A stretch of DNA of 64,000 nt from the human T2T-CHM13v2.0 reference genome, Homo sapiens: assembly GCF_009914755.1 (NCBI RefSeq), contig NC_060933.1; one strand, written 5' to 3'. Of this stretch, positions 1-13,975 are shown in pieces (within the stretch, counting starts at the first letter, position 1; each line of letters opens with the position of its first letter). The translations under genes were made by a program, and so were the position numbers. A model generated the notes under the pieces. That model had not been told where the DNA came from, did not search any database, and worked only from the letters and a program-made list of their open reading frames with translations.

Positions 1-3000
1 GTACAATGGAATGGAATGGAATGGAATGGAATGGAATGGAATGGAATGCCTTCAAATCGAATGGAATGGAAAGGAATGTAATCAACACGAGTGGAATGGA
101 ATGGAATGGAATGGAATGGAATGGAATGATACGGAATAGAATGGAATGCAACGAAATGGAATGGAATGGAATGGAATGGAATGGAATGGAATGGAATCGT
201 TCCGAGTGGAATAGGAGGGAATGTATTCGAGTGGAATGGAAAGGAATGGAATCAACCAGAGTGGAATGGAAGGGAATGGAATGGAATGGAATGCAATGGA
301 ATGGAATCAACCCGAGTACAATGGAATGGAATGGAATGGAATGGAATGGAATGGAATGGAATGGAATGGAATGCAATGGAATGGAATCTTCCGGAATGGA
401 ATGGAATGGAATGGAATGGAATGGAATGGAATGGAGTGGAGTGCAATGGATTCAACTCGATTGCAATGGAATGGAATAGAATGGAATGGAATGGAATGGA
501 ATGCAATGGAATTAAACCGAATAGAATGGAATGGAATGGAATGGAATGGAACAGAACGGAACGGAACAGAACGGAGTGGAAAGGAATGGAATGGAATTGT
601 ATGGAATGGAATAGAATGGTACGGAATAGAAAGGAATGGAAAGAATTGGAATGGAATGGAATGGAATGGAATGGAATGGAATGGAATGGAATCAACCCGA
701 GTGCAATGGAATGGAGTGGAATGCAATGGAATGGAATGGAATGGAACAACCCGAATGGAATGGAATGTAATGGAGAGTAAGGGAGTTGAACAGAATCTAT
801 CCGAATGTAATGGAATGGAAAGGAATGGAATGGAATGGAATGGAATGGAATGGAATGGAATGCAATGCAATGGAATGGAATCAACCCGAGTACAAAGGAA
901 CAGAATGTAATGTAATGTAATGGAATGGAATGGAATGGAATGGAATGGAATGGAATCAACCCGAGTGCAATGGAATGGAGAGGAATGGAATGCAATGGAA
1001 TGGAAACTACCCGAATGGAATGGAATGTAATGGAGTGTAAGGGAATTGAATAGAATCAATCCGAATGGAATGGAATGGAATAGAACGGAATGTAATGTAA
1101 TGGAATGGAATGGAATCAACCTGAGTGCAGGGGAATGGAATGGAATGGAATGCAATGGAATGGAATCATCCGGAATGGAATGGAATGGAATGCAATGGAA
1201 TGGAATGGAATGGAATCAACCCGAGTGCAATGGAATGGAGTGAAATGGAATGGAATGGAATGGAGACAACCAGAATGGATTGGAATATAATGGAGTGTAA
1301 GGGAATTGAATAGAATAAATCTGAATGTAATGAAATGGAATGGAACGGAATGGAATGGAATGGAATGGAATGGAATGGAATGCAATGGAATGGAATCAAC
1401 CCGAGGGCAATCGAATGGAATCGAATGGAATGGAATGCAATGGAATGGATTCAACTTGAATGGAATGGAAAGAATGGAATCAACACGAGTGGAATGGCAT
1501 GGATTGGAATGGAATGGAATGGAATCAACCCGAGTATAGGGGAATGGAATGGAATGGAATGCAATGGAATGGAATCATCCGTAATGGAATGGAAAGGAAT
1601 GGAATGGAATGGAATGGAATGGAATCAACTCGATTGCAATCGAATGGAATGGAATGGAATTAACCCGAATAGACAGGAATGGAATGGAATGGAACGGAAC
1701 GGAATGGAATGGAATGGAACGGAAAGGAAGGGAATGGAATGGAATAGAATGGAATGGAATGGAATCAACGCGAGTGCAGGGGAATGGAATGGAATGGAAT
1801 GCAATGGAATGGAATCTTCCGGAATGGAATGGAATGGAATGGAATGGAATGGAATTGAATGGAATCAACCCGAGTGCAATGGAATGAAGTGGAATGGAAT
1901 GGAATGGAATGGAACAACCCGAATGGAATGGAATGTAATGGAGAGTAAGGGAGTTGAATAGAATCAATCCGAATGTAATGGAATGGAATGGAACGGAATG
2001 GAATTGAATGGAATGGAATGGAATGCAATGGAATGGAATCAACCCGAGTGCAATGGAATGGAGAGGAATGGAATGGAATGCAATGGAAACTACCCAAATG
2101 GAATGTAATGGAGTGTAAGGGAATTGAATAGAATCAATCTGAATGTAGTGGAATGGAATGGAACGGAATGGAATGGAATGGAATGGAATGGAATGGAATG
2201 GAATGCAATGGAATGGAATCAACCCGAGTGCAATCAAATGGAATCGAATGGAATGGAATGCAATGGAATGGATTCAACTTGAATGGAATGGAAAGAATGG
2301 AATCAACACGAGTGGAATGGCATGGATTGGAATGGAATGGAATGGAATGGAATGGAATGGAATGGAATGGAATCAACCCGAGTGCAGGGGAATGTAATGG
2401 AACGGAATGCAATGGAATGGAATCATCAGGAATGGAATGGAATGGAATTGAATGGAATGGAATGGAATGGAATCAACCCGAGTGCAATGGAATGGAGTGG
2501 AATGGAATGGAATGGAATGGAACAACGCGAATGGAATGGAATGTAATGGAGAGTTATGGAGTTGAATAGAATCAATCCGAATGTAATGGAATGGAACGGA
2601 ATGGAATGGAATGGAATGAAATGGAATGGAATGGAATGGAATGGAATGCAATGGAATGGAATCAACCCGAGTACAATGGAACGGAATGGAATGGAATGGA
2701 ATGGCATGGAATGCAATGGAATGGAATGGAATGGAATGGAATGGAATCAACCCGAGAGCAATGGAATGGAGAGGAATGGAATGGAATGGAATGGAAACTA
2801 CCCGAATGGAATGGAATGTAATGGAGTGTCAGGGAATTGAGTAGAATCAATCCGAATGGAATGGAATGGAATGGAACGGAATGTAATGGAATGGAATGGA
2901 ATGGAATGGAATCAACACGAGTGCAGGGGAATGGAATGGAAAGGAATGCAATGGAATGGAATCATCCGGAATGGAATGGAATGGAATGCAATGGAATGGA

Positions 3001-6000
3001 ATGGAATGGAATCAACCCGAGTGCAATGGAATGGAGTGAAATGGAATGGAATGGAATGGAAACAACCAGAATGGATTGGAATATAATGGAGTGTAAGGGA
3101 ATTGAATAGAATCGATGTGAATGTAATGAAAGGGAAAGGAACGGAATGGAATGGAATGGAATGGAATGGAATGGAATGGAATGGAATGCAATGGAATGGA
3201 ATCAACCCGAGTGCAATCGAATGGAATCGAATGGAATGGAATGCAATGGAATGGATCCAACTTGAATGGAATGGAAAGAATGGAATCAACACGAGTGGAA
3301 TGGCATGGATTGGAATGGAATGGAATGGAATCAACCCGAGTACAGGGGAATGGAATGGAATGGAATGCAATGGAATGGAATCATCCGTAATGGAATGGAA
3401 AGGAATGGAATGGAATGGAATGGAATGGAATGGAATGGAATCAACTCGATTGCAATCGAATGGAATGGAATGGAATTAACCCGAATAGAATGGAATGGAA
3501 TGGAATGGAACGGAACGGAATGGAATGGAATGGAACGGAACGGAACGGAATTGAATGGAATGGAATGGAATGGAATGGAATAAACGCGAGTGCAGGGGAA
3601 TGGAATGGAATGGAATGCAATGGAATGGAATCTTCCGGAATGGAATGGAATGGAATGGAATGAAATGCAATGGATTCAACTCGATTGCAATGGAATGGAA
3701 TAGAATGGAATGGAATGGAATGGAATGGAATTAACCCGAATAGAATGGAATGGAATGGAACGGAATGGAATGGAATGGAATGGAATGGAATGGAATGGAA
3801 TGGAATGGAATGGTATGAAATGGAATGGAATGGTACGGAATAGAATGGAATGGAACGAATTGTAATGGAATGGAATTGAATAGAATGGAATGGAATGGAA
3901 TGGAATCAACGCGAGTGCAGGGGAATGTAATGGAACGGAATGCAATGGAATGGAATCATCCGGAATGGAATGGAATGGAATGGAATGGAATGGAATGGAA
4001 TGGAATCAACCCGAGTGCAATGGAATGGAGTGGAATGGAATGGAATGGAATGGAACAACCCGAATGGAATGGAATGTAATGGACAGTAAGGGAGTTGAAT
4101 AGAATCAATCTGAATGTAATGGAATGGAATGCAACGGAATGGAATGGAATGGAATGGAATGGAATGCAATGGAATGGAATCAACCCGAGTACAATGGAAT
4201 GGAATGGAATGGAATGGAATGGAATGAAATGGAATGGAATGGAATGGAATGATACGGAAAAGAATGGAATGGAACGAAATGGAATGGAATGGAATGGAAT
4301 GGAATGGAATGGAATCGTTCCGAGTGGAATAGGAGGGAATGTATTCGAGTGGAATGGAAAGGAATAGAATCAACCAGAGTGGAATGGAACGGAATGGAAT
4401 GGAATAGAAACTAATAGAATGAAATCAACCCGAGTGGAATGGAATGGAAAGGACTGGAATGGAATGGAATGGAATGGAATCAACTCAATTGTAATGGAAT
4501 GGAATGGAATGGAATGGAATTAACCTGAATACAATGCAATGGAATGGAATGGAACGGAATGGAGAGGAATGGAATGGAATCAACCCGAGTGCAGGGGAAT
4601 GGAATGGAATGGAAAGCAATGGAATGGAATCATCCGGAATGGAATGGAATGGAATGGAATGCAAAGCAATGGAATCAACTCGATTGCAATGGAATGGAAT
4701 GGAATGGAAAGGAATACATTGGAATCAACCCGAGTGGAATGGAATGGAAAGGACTGGAATGGAGTGGAATGGAATGGAATGCAATGGAATGGAATCAACT
4801 CGATTGGAATGGAATGGAATGGAATTGAATGGAATTAACCCGAATAGAATGCAATGGAATGGAATGGAACGGAACGGAATGGAATGGAATGGAATGGAAT
4901 GGAATGGAATGGAAACAACCCGACTGCAGGGGAATGGAATGGAATGGAATGGAATGCAATGGAATGGATTCAACTTGAATGGAATGGAAAGAATGGAATC
5001 AACACGAGTGGAATGGCATGGATTGGAATGGAATGGAATGGAATCAACCCGAGTACAGGGGAATGGAATGGAATGGAATGCAATGGAATGGAATCATCCG
5101 TAATGGAATGGAAAGGAATGGAATGGAATGGAGTGGAATGGAATGGAATGGAATCAACTCGTTGGCAATCGAATGGAATGGAATGGAATTAACCCGAATA
5201 GAATGGAATGGAATGGAATGGAACGGAACGGAACGGAACGGAACGGAAAGGAATGGAATAGAATGGAATGGAATGGAATGGAATGTAATCAACGCGAATG
5301 CAGGGGAATGGAATGGAATGGAATGCAATGGAATGGAATCTTCCGGAATGGAATGGAATGGAATGGAATGGAATGGAATGGAATAAACCCGAGTGCAATG
5401 GAATGGAGTGGAATGGAATGGAATGGAATGGAACAACCCGAATGGAATGGAATGTAATGGAGAGTAAGGGAGTTGAATAGAATCAATCCGAATGTAATGG
5501 AATGGAATGGAACGGAATGGAATTGAATGGTATGGAATGGAATGCAATGGAATGGAATCAACCCGAGTGCAATGGAATGGAGAGGAATGGAATGGAGTGG
5601 AATGGAAACTACCCGAATGGAATGGAATGAAGTGGAGTGTAAGGGAATTGAATAGAATCAATCCGAATGTAATGGAATGGAATGGAACGGAATGGAATGG
5701 AATGGAATGGAATGGAATGGAATGGAATGGAATGCAATGGAATGGAATCAACCCGAGTGCAATCGAATGGAATCGAATGGAATGGAATGCAATGGAATGG
5801 ATTCAACTTGAATGGAATGGAAAGAATGGAATCAACACGAGTGGAATGGCATGGATTGGAATGGAATGGAATGGAATCAACCCGAGTACAGGGGAATGGA
5901 ATGGAATGGAATGCAATGGAATGGAATCATCCGTAATGGAATGGAAAGGAAAGGAATGGAATGGAATGGAATGGAATGGAATGGAATCAACTCGATTGCA

Positions 6001-6410
6001 ATCGAATGGAATGGAATGGAATTAACCGGAATAGAATGGAATGCAATGGAATGGAACGGAATGGAATGGAATGGAAGGGAATGGAATCAACACGAGTGCA
6101 GGGAAATGGAATGGAATGGAATGCAATGGAATGGAATCATCCGGAATGGAATGGAATGGAATGGAACGGAATGCAATGGAATGGAATCATCCAGAATGGA
6201 ATGGAATGGAATGGAATGGAATCAAACCGAGTGCAATGGAATGGAGTGAAATGGAATGGAATGGAATGGAAACAACCAGAATGGATTGGAATATAATGGA
6301 GTGTAAGGGAATTGAATAGAATCAATCTGAATGTAATGAAATGGAATGGAATGGAATGGAAAGGAATGGAATCGAATGGAATGGAATGGAATGGAATCAA
6401 CCCGAGTGCA
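1..6410 (+). repeat. HSat3 sub-domain, A-type modules (first block)
   Basis: Seen: markers GAGAGTAAGGGAGTTGAA, AAACTACCCGAA, TTCAACTTGAATGGAATGGAAAGAATGG, ATCTTCCGG, and ACAACCAGAATGGATTGGAATATAA (~1266, ~3062, ~6272). Confidence 0.75.
383..397. promoter_or_regulatory. Perfect three-unit heat shock element (representative of ~13 left-arm copies)
   Basis: Seen: GGAATCTTCCGGAAT matches nGAAnnTTCnnGAAn, the established HSF1 trimer consensus. Binding here is not shown. Confidence 0.55.
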
Positions 6411-9400
6411 ATGGAATGGTTTCGAATGGAATGGAATGGAGTGGAATGGATTCAACCCGAATGGAATGGAAAGGAATGGAATCAACCCGAGTGGAATCGC
6501 ATGGAATGCAATGGAATGGAATGGAATGGAATGGAATGGAATGGAATGGAATGGAATCAAGTAGATTGCAATGGAATGGAATGGAATGGAATGGAACGGA
6601 TTGGAATGGAATGGAATGGAATGGAATGGAATTAAATGGAATGGAATGGAATGGAAGAAACCCGAGTGCAGGGGAATGGAATGGAATGGAATGCAATGGA
6701 ATGGAATGGAATGGAATGGAATGGAATGGAATGGAATGGAATGGAATGGAATCAACCCGAGTGGAATGGCATGGAATGGAATGCAATGGAATGGCATGGA
6801 ATGGAATCAACTCGAGTGGAAAGGAATGGAATGGAATGGAATGGAATGGAATGAAATCAACTCGAGTGGAATGGAATGGAACGGAATGGATTGGAATGGA
6901 TTGCAATGGAATGAAATGCAATGGAATGGAATGGCATCAATCATTCCGAGTGGAATGGAACGGAATGTAACGGAGTGGAAAGAAGGGAATGGAATCAACC
7001 CGAGTGGAATGCAAGGCAATGGAATGGAATGGAAAGGAATGGAATGGAATCAACTCAATTGCAATGGAATGGAATGGAATGGAATGGAATGGAACGGAAC
7101 GGAATGGAATGGAATGGAATGGAATGGAATGGAATGGAATGGAATGGAATCAACGCGAATGCAGGGGAATGGAATGGAATGGAATGCAATGGAATGGGAT
7201 CATCCGGAATGGAATGGAATGGAATGGAATGGAATCAACTCGATTTCAATGGAATGGAATGGAATAGACTGGAATGGAATTAACACGAATAGAATGGAAT
7301 GGAATGGAATGGAATGGAATTAAACCGAATAGAATGGAATGGATTGGAATTGAACGGAATGTAACGGAATGGAATGGAATGGAATGGAATGGAATGGTAT
7401 GGAATGGAATGGAATGGAATCATCTCGATTGTAATGGAATGGAATGGAATGGAATGGAGTGCAATGGAATGGAATGGAATGGAATGGAGTGCAATGGAAT
7501 GGAATGGAATGGAATGGAATTAACCCGAATACAATGGAATGGAATGGAATGGAGTGGAATGGAATGGAATCAACCCAAGTGCACAGGAATGGAATGGAAT
7601 GGAATGCAATGGAATGGAATCATCCGGAATGGAATGGAACGGAATGGAATGCAAAACAATTCAATCAACTCGATTGCAATGGAATGGAATGGAATGTATA
7701 TGAATAGAATGGAATCAACCCGAGCGGAATGGAATGGAAAGGACTGGAATGGAGTGGAATGGAATGGAACGGAATGGAATGGAATCAACTCGATTGGAAT
7801 GGAGTGCAATGGAATTTGAATGGAATGGAATGGAATGGAATGGAATGGAATTTACCCGAATAGAATGGAATGGAATGGAAAGGAATGGAACGGAATGGAA
7901 TGGAATGGAATGGAATGGAATGGAATGGAATGGAATGGAATCAACCCGACTGCACGGGAATGGAATGGAATGCAATGCAATGGAATGGAATCATCCGGAA
8001 CGGAATGGAATGGAATGGAATGGAATCAACTCGATTGCAATGGAATGGAATGGAATGGAATGGAATGGAATGGAATGGAATGGAGTGGAATGGAATGGAA
8101 TTAACACGAATAGAATGGAATGGAATGGAATGGAAAGGAATGGAAGGGAATGGAATGGAATGTAATCAACCCGAGTGCAGGGGAATGGAATGGAATTGAA
8201 TGCAATGGAATGGAATCATCCGGAATGCAATGGAATGGAATGGAATGGAATGGAATGGAATCAACTCGATTTCAATGGAATGGAATGTAATAGAATGGAA
8301 TGGAATTAACACGAATAGAATGGAATGGAATGGAATGGAATGGAACGGAAAGGAATGGAATGGAATGGAATGGAATCAACCCAAGTGCAGGGGAATGGAA
8401 TGGAATGTAATTCAATGGAATGGAATCATCCGGAATGGAATGGAATGGAATGGAATGGAACGGAATGGAACGGAATGGAATGGAATGGAATGGAATGGAA
8501 TGGAATGGAATGGAATGGAATGGTATGGAATGGAATGGAATGGAATCAACTCGATTGTAATGGAATGGAATGGAATGGAATGGAATGGAATGGAATTAAC
8601 CCAAATACAATGGAATGGAATGGAATGGAACGGAATGGAGTGGAATGGAATGGAATCAACCCGAGTGCAGGGGAATGGAATGGAATGGAATGCAATGGAA
8701 TGGAATCATCCGGAATGGAATGGAATGGAATGGAATGCAAAACAATGGAATCAACTCGATTGCAATGGAATGGAATGGAATGGAAATGAATAAAATGGAA
8801 TCAACCCGAGTGGAATGGAATGGAAAGGACTGGAATGGAGTGGAATGGAATGGAAAGGAATGGAATGGAATCAACTCGATTGGAATGGAGTGGAATGGAA
8901 TTTGAATGGAATGGAATGGAATGGAGTTGACCTGAATAGAATGGAATGGAATGGAATGGAATGGAACGGAATGGAATGGAATGGAATGGAATGGAATGGA
9001 ATGGAATGGAATGGAATGGAATGGAATGGAATCAACCCGACTGCACGGGAATGGAATGGAATGGAATGCAATGGAATGGAATCATCCGGAATGGAATAGA
9101 ATGGAATGGAATGGAATGGAATGCAATGGAATGGAATCATCCGGAATGGAATAGAATGGAATGGAATGGAATGGAATGGAAACATCCCGAATGGAATGGA
9201 ATGTATTGGAGTGTAAGGGAATTGAATAGAATCAGTCTCAATGTAATGGAAGGGAATGGAATGAAATGGAATGGAATGGAATGCAATGGAATGGAATCAA
9301 ACCGAGTGCAATGGAATGGATTCGAATGGAATGGAATGGAATGGAATGGATTCAACAAGAATGGAATGGAAAGGAATGGAATCAACCCGAGTGTAATGGC

Positions 9401-12400
9401 GTGGAATGGAATGGAATGGAATGGGATGGAATGGAATGGTACGGAATAGAATGGAATGGAATGAAATGGAATGGAATGGAATGGAATGGAATGGAATGGA
9501 ATGGAATGGTATCAACTCGATTGCAATGGAATGGAATGGAATGGAAAGGAATAGAATGGAATCAACCCCACTGGAATGGAATGGAAAGGACTGGAATGGA
9601 CTGGAATGGAATGGAATGGAATGGAATCAAATCGATTGGAATGCAATGGAATGGAATGGAATGGAGTCGAATCAACTAGATTGCAATGGAATGGAATGGA
9701 ACGGAATGGAATGGAATGGAATGGAATGGAATAGAATTTACCCGAATAGAATGGAATGGAATGGAATGGAACGGAATGTAATGGAATGAAATGGAATGGA
9801 ATCAACCCGAGTGCAGGGGAATGGAATGGAATGGAATGTCATGGAATGCAATCATCCGGAATGGAATGGAATGGAATGGAATGGAGTGGAATGGAATGGA
9901 ATGGAATCAACTCGATTGCAATGGAGTGGAATGGAATGGAAAGGAATGGAAGGGAATGGAATGGAATGTAATCAACCCGAGTGCAGGGGAATGGAATGGA
10001 ATGGAATGCAATGGAATGGAATCATCCAGAATGGAATGGAATGGAATGGAATGGAATGCAATCAACCCGATGCAATGGAATGGAGTGGAATGGAATGGAA
10101 TGGAATGGAAACATCCCGAATGGAATGTAATGTAATGGAGTGTAAGGGAATTGAATAGAATAAATCCGAATGTAATGGAATGGAATGGAATGAAATGGAA
10201 TGGAATGGAATGGAATGGAATCAACACGAGTGCAATGGAATGGAATGGAATGGAAAGGAATGGAATGGAATGGATTCAACAAGAATGGAATGGAAAGGAA
10301 TGGAATCAACCCGAGTGTAATGGCATGGAATGGAATGGAATGGAATGGAATGGGATGGAATGGAATGGTACGGAATAGAATGGAATGGAATGAAATGGAA
10401 TGGAATGGAATTTAATGGAATGGAATGGAATGAACCCGTGTGCAATGGAATGGAATGGAATGGAATGGAATGTATTCAACTCGAATGGAATCAACTCGAT
10501 TGCAATGGAAAGGAATGGAATGGAAAGGAATAGAATGGAATCAACCCAAGTGGAATGGAAAGGAAAGGACTGGAATGGAGTGGAATGGAATGGAATGGAA
10601 TGGAATCAAATCGATTGGAATGGAATGGAAAGGAATGGAATGGAATGGAATGGAATGGAATCAACTCGATTGGAATGGAATGGAATGGAATGGAATGGAA
10701 TGGAATTAACCTGAATAGAATGGAATGGAATGGAATGGAACGGAATGTAATGGAATGAAATGGAATGGAATCAATACGAGTGCAGGGGAATGGAATGGAA
10801 TGGAATGCAATGGAATGCAATCATCCGGAATGGAATGGAATGGAATGGAATGGAATGGAATGGAATGGAATGGAATGGAATGGAATCAACTCGATTGCAA
10901 TGGAGTGGAATGGAATGGAAAGGAATGGAAGGGAATGGAATGGAATGTAATCAATCCGAATGCAGGGGAATGGAATGGAATGGAATGCAATGGAATGGAA
11001 TCATCCGGAATGGAATGGATTGGAATGGAATGCAATCAACCCGATGCAATGGAATGGAGTGGAATGGAATGGAATGGAATGGAATGGAAACATCCCGAAT
11101 GGAATGGAATGTAATGGAGTGTAAGGGAATTGAATAGAATCAATCCGAATGTAATGGAATGGAAAGGAATGAAATGGAATGGAATGGAATGGAATGGAAT
11201 CAACCCGAGTGCAATGGAATGGATTCGAATGGAATGGAATGGAATGGAATGGATTCAACAAGAATGGAATGCAAAGGAATGGAATCAACCCGAGTGTAAT
11301 GGCATGGAATGGAATGGAATCGAATGCAATGGGATGGAATGGAATGGAATGGAATGGAATGGGATGGAATGGAATGGTACGGAATAGAATGGAATGGAAT
11401 GAAATGGAATGGAATGGAATTTAATGGAATGGAATGGAATGAACCCGTGTGCAATGTAATAGAATGAAATGGAATGGAATGGATTCAACTCGAATGGAAT
11501 CAACTCGATTGCAATGGAATGGATTGGAATGGAAAGGAATAGAATGGAATCAACCAGAGTGGAATGGAATGCAAAGGACTGGAATGGAGTGGAATGGAAT
11601 GGAATGGAATGGAATGGAATCAACTCGATTGGAATGGAATGGAATGGAATGGAATGGAATTAACCAGAATACAATGGAATGGAATGGAATGGAATGGAAT
11701 GGAACGGAACGGAATGGAGTGGAATGGAATGGAATGGAATGGAATCAACCCGACTGCACGGGAATGGAATGGAATGGAATGCAATGGAATGGAATCATCC
11801 GGAACGGAATGGAATGGAATGGAATGGAATCAACTCGATTGCAATGGAATGGAATGAAATGGAATGGAATGGAATGGAATGGAGTTGAATGGAATGGAAT
11901 TAACCCGAATAGAATGGAATGGAATGGAATGGTAAGGAATGGAAGGGAATGGAATGGAATATAATCAACCCGAGTGCAGGGGAATGGAATGGAATTGAAT
12001 GCAATGGAACGGAATCATACGGAATGGAATGGAATGGAATGGAATGGAATGGAATGATCCCGATGCAATGGAATGGAATGGAATGGAATGGAATGGAATG
12101 GAATGGAATGGAAACATCCCGAATGGAATGGAATGTAATGGAGTGTAAGGCAATTGAATAGAATCAGTCCGAATGAAATGGAAGGGAATGGAATGAAATG
12201 GAATGGAATGGAATGGAATCGATCAAACCGAGTGCAATGGAATGGATTCGAATGGAATGGAATGGATTCGAATATAATGGAATGGAATGGAATGGATTCA
12301 ACAAGAATGGAATGGAAAGGAATGGAATCAACCCGAGTGTAATGGCATGGAATGGAATGGAATGGAACGGGATGGAATGGAATGGTACGGAATAGAATGG

Positions 12401-13975
12401 AATGGAATGAAATGGAATGGAATGGAATGGAATGGAATGGAATGGAATGAACCCGTGTGCAATGGAATGGAATGGAATGGAATGGAATGGATTCAACTCG
12501 AAAGGAATCAACTCGATTGCAATGGAATGGAATGGAATGGAAAGGAATAGACTGGAATCAACCCGAGTGGAATGGAATGGAAAGGACTGGAATGGAGTGG
12601 AATGGAATGGAATGGAATGGAATCAAATCGATTGGAATGGAATGGAATGGAATGGAATGGAATGGAATCAACTCGATTGCAATGGAATGGAATGGAATGG
12701 AATTTTAATGGAATGGAATGGAATTAACTCGAATAGAATGGAATGGAATGGAATGGAACGGAATGTAATGGAATGAAATGGAATGGAATCAACCCGAGTG
12801 CAGGGGAATGGAATGGAATGGAATGCAATGGAATGCAATCATCCGGAATGGAATGGAATGGAATGGAATGGAATGGAATGGAATGGAATCAACTCGATTG
12901 CAATGGAGTGGAATGGAATGGAAACGAATGGAAGGGAATGGAATGGAATTTAATCAACCCGAGTGCAGGGGAATGGAATGGAATGGAATGCAATGGAATG
13001 GAATCATCCGGAATGGAATGGAATGGAATGGAATGCAATCAACCCAATGCAATGGAATGGAGTGGAATGGAATGGAATGGAATGGAATGGAAACATCCCG
13101 AATGGAATGGAATGTAATGGAGTGTAAGGGAATTGAATAGAATCAATCCGAATGTAATGGAATGGAATGGAATGAAATGGAATGGAGTGGAATGGAATGG
13201 AATCAACCCGAGTGCAATGGAATGGATTCGAATGGAATGGAATGGAATGGAATGGATTCAACAAGAATGGAATGGAAAGGAATGGAATCAACCCGAGTGT
13301 AATGGCATGGAATGGAATGGAATGGAATGGAATGGGATGGAATGGAATGGTACGGAATAGAATGGAATGGAATGGAATGGAATGAAATGGAGTGGAATGG
13401 AATTTAATGGAATGGAATGGAATGAACCTGTGTGCAATGTAATGGAATGGAATGGAATGGAATGGATTCAACTCGAATGGAATCAACCCGATTGCAATGG
13501 AATGGAATGGAATGGAAAGGAATAGAAAGGAATAAACCCGAGTGGAATGGAATGGAAAAGACTGGAATGGAGTGGAATGGAATGGAATGGAATTAACCCG
13601 AATAGAATGGAATGGAACGGAATGGAACGGAATGGAATGGAATGGAATGGAATGGATTCAACCCGAGTGCAGGGGAATGGAATGGAATGGAATGCAATGG
13701 AATGGAATCATCCGGAATGGAATGGAATTGAATGGAATGGAATGGAATGCAATGGAATCAACTCGATTTCAATGGAATGGAATGGAATAGAATGGAATGG
13801 AATTAACACGAATAGAATGGAATGGAATTGAATGGAATGGAATGGAACGGAAAGGAATGGAATGGAATGGAATGGAATCAACCCAAGTGCAGGGGAATGG
13901 AATGGAATGGAATTCAATGGAATGGAATCATCCGGAATGGAATAGAATGGAATGGAATGGAATGGAATGGAATGG
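6411..13975 (+). repeat. HSat3 sub-domain, B-type modules with ~1 kb periodicity
   Basis: Seen: AAACATCCCGAA at ~9180, 10109, 11088, 12112, 13090; TTCAACAAGAA at ~9351, 10275, 11254, 12297, 13257; GAACCCGTGTGCA-type at ~10432, 11441, 12449, 13424. The A markers listed for 1-6410 were not seen here. Confidence 0.8.

Noticed and set aside
196-245. Purine-rich island AGGAGGG as a Shine-Dalgarno site, G-quadruplex or insertion remnant
   Set aside because: It keeps the pentamer register and recurs as an ordinary satellite module. It lacks four G3 tracts, target-site duplications and any coding context.
3200-3350. Assignment to chromosome 9q12, from resemblance to the pHuR98-type motif AATCAACCCGAGTGCAATCGAATGGAATCG
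   Set aside because: The resemblance is from memory and related modules occur in several HSat3 arrays. It needs k-mer classification or alignment to T2T assemblies.
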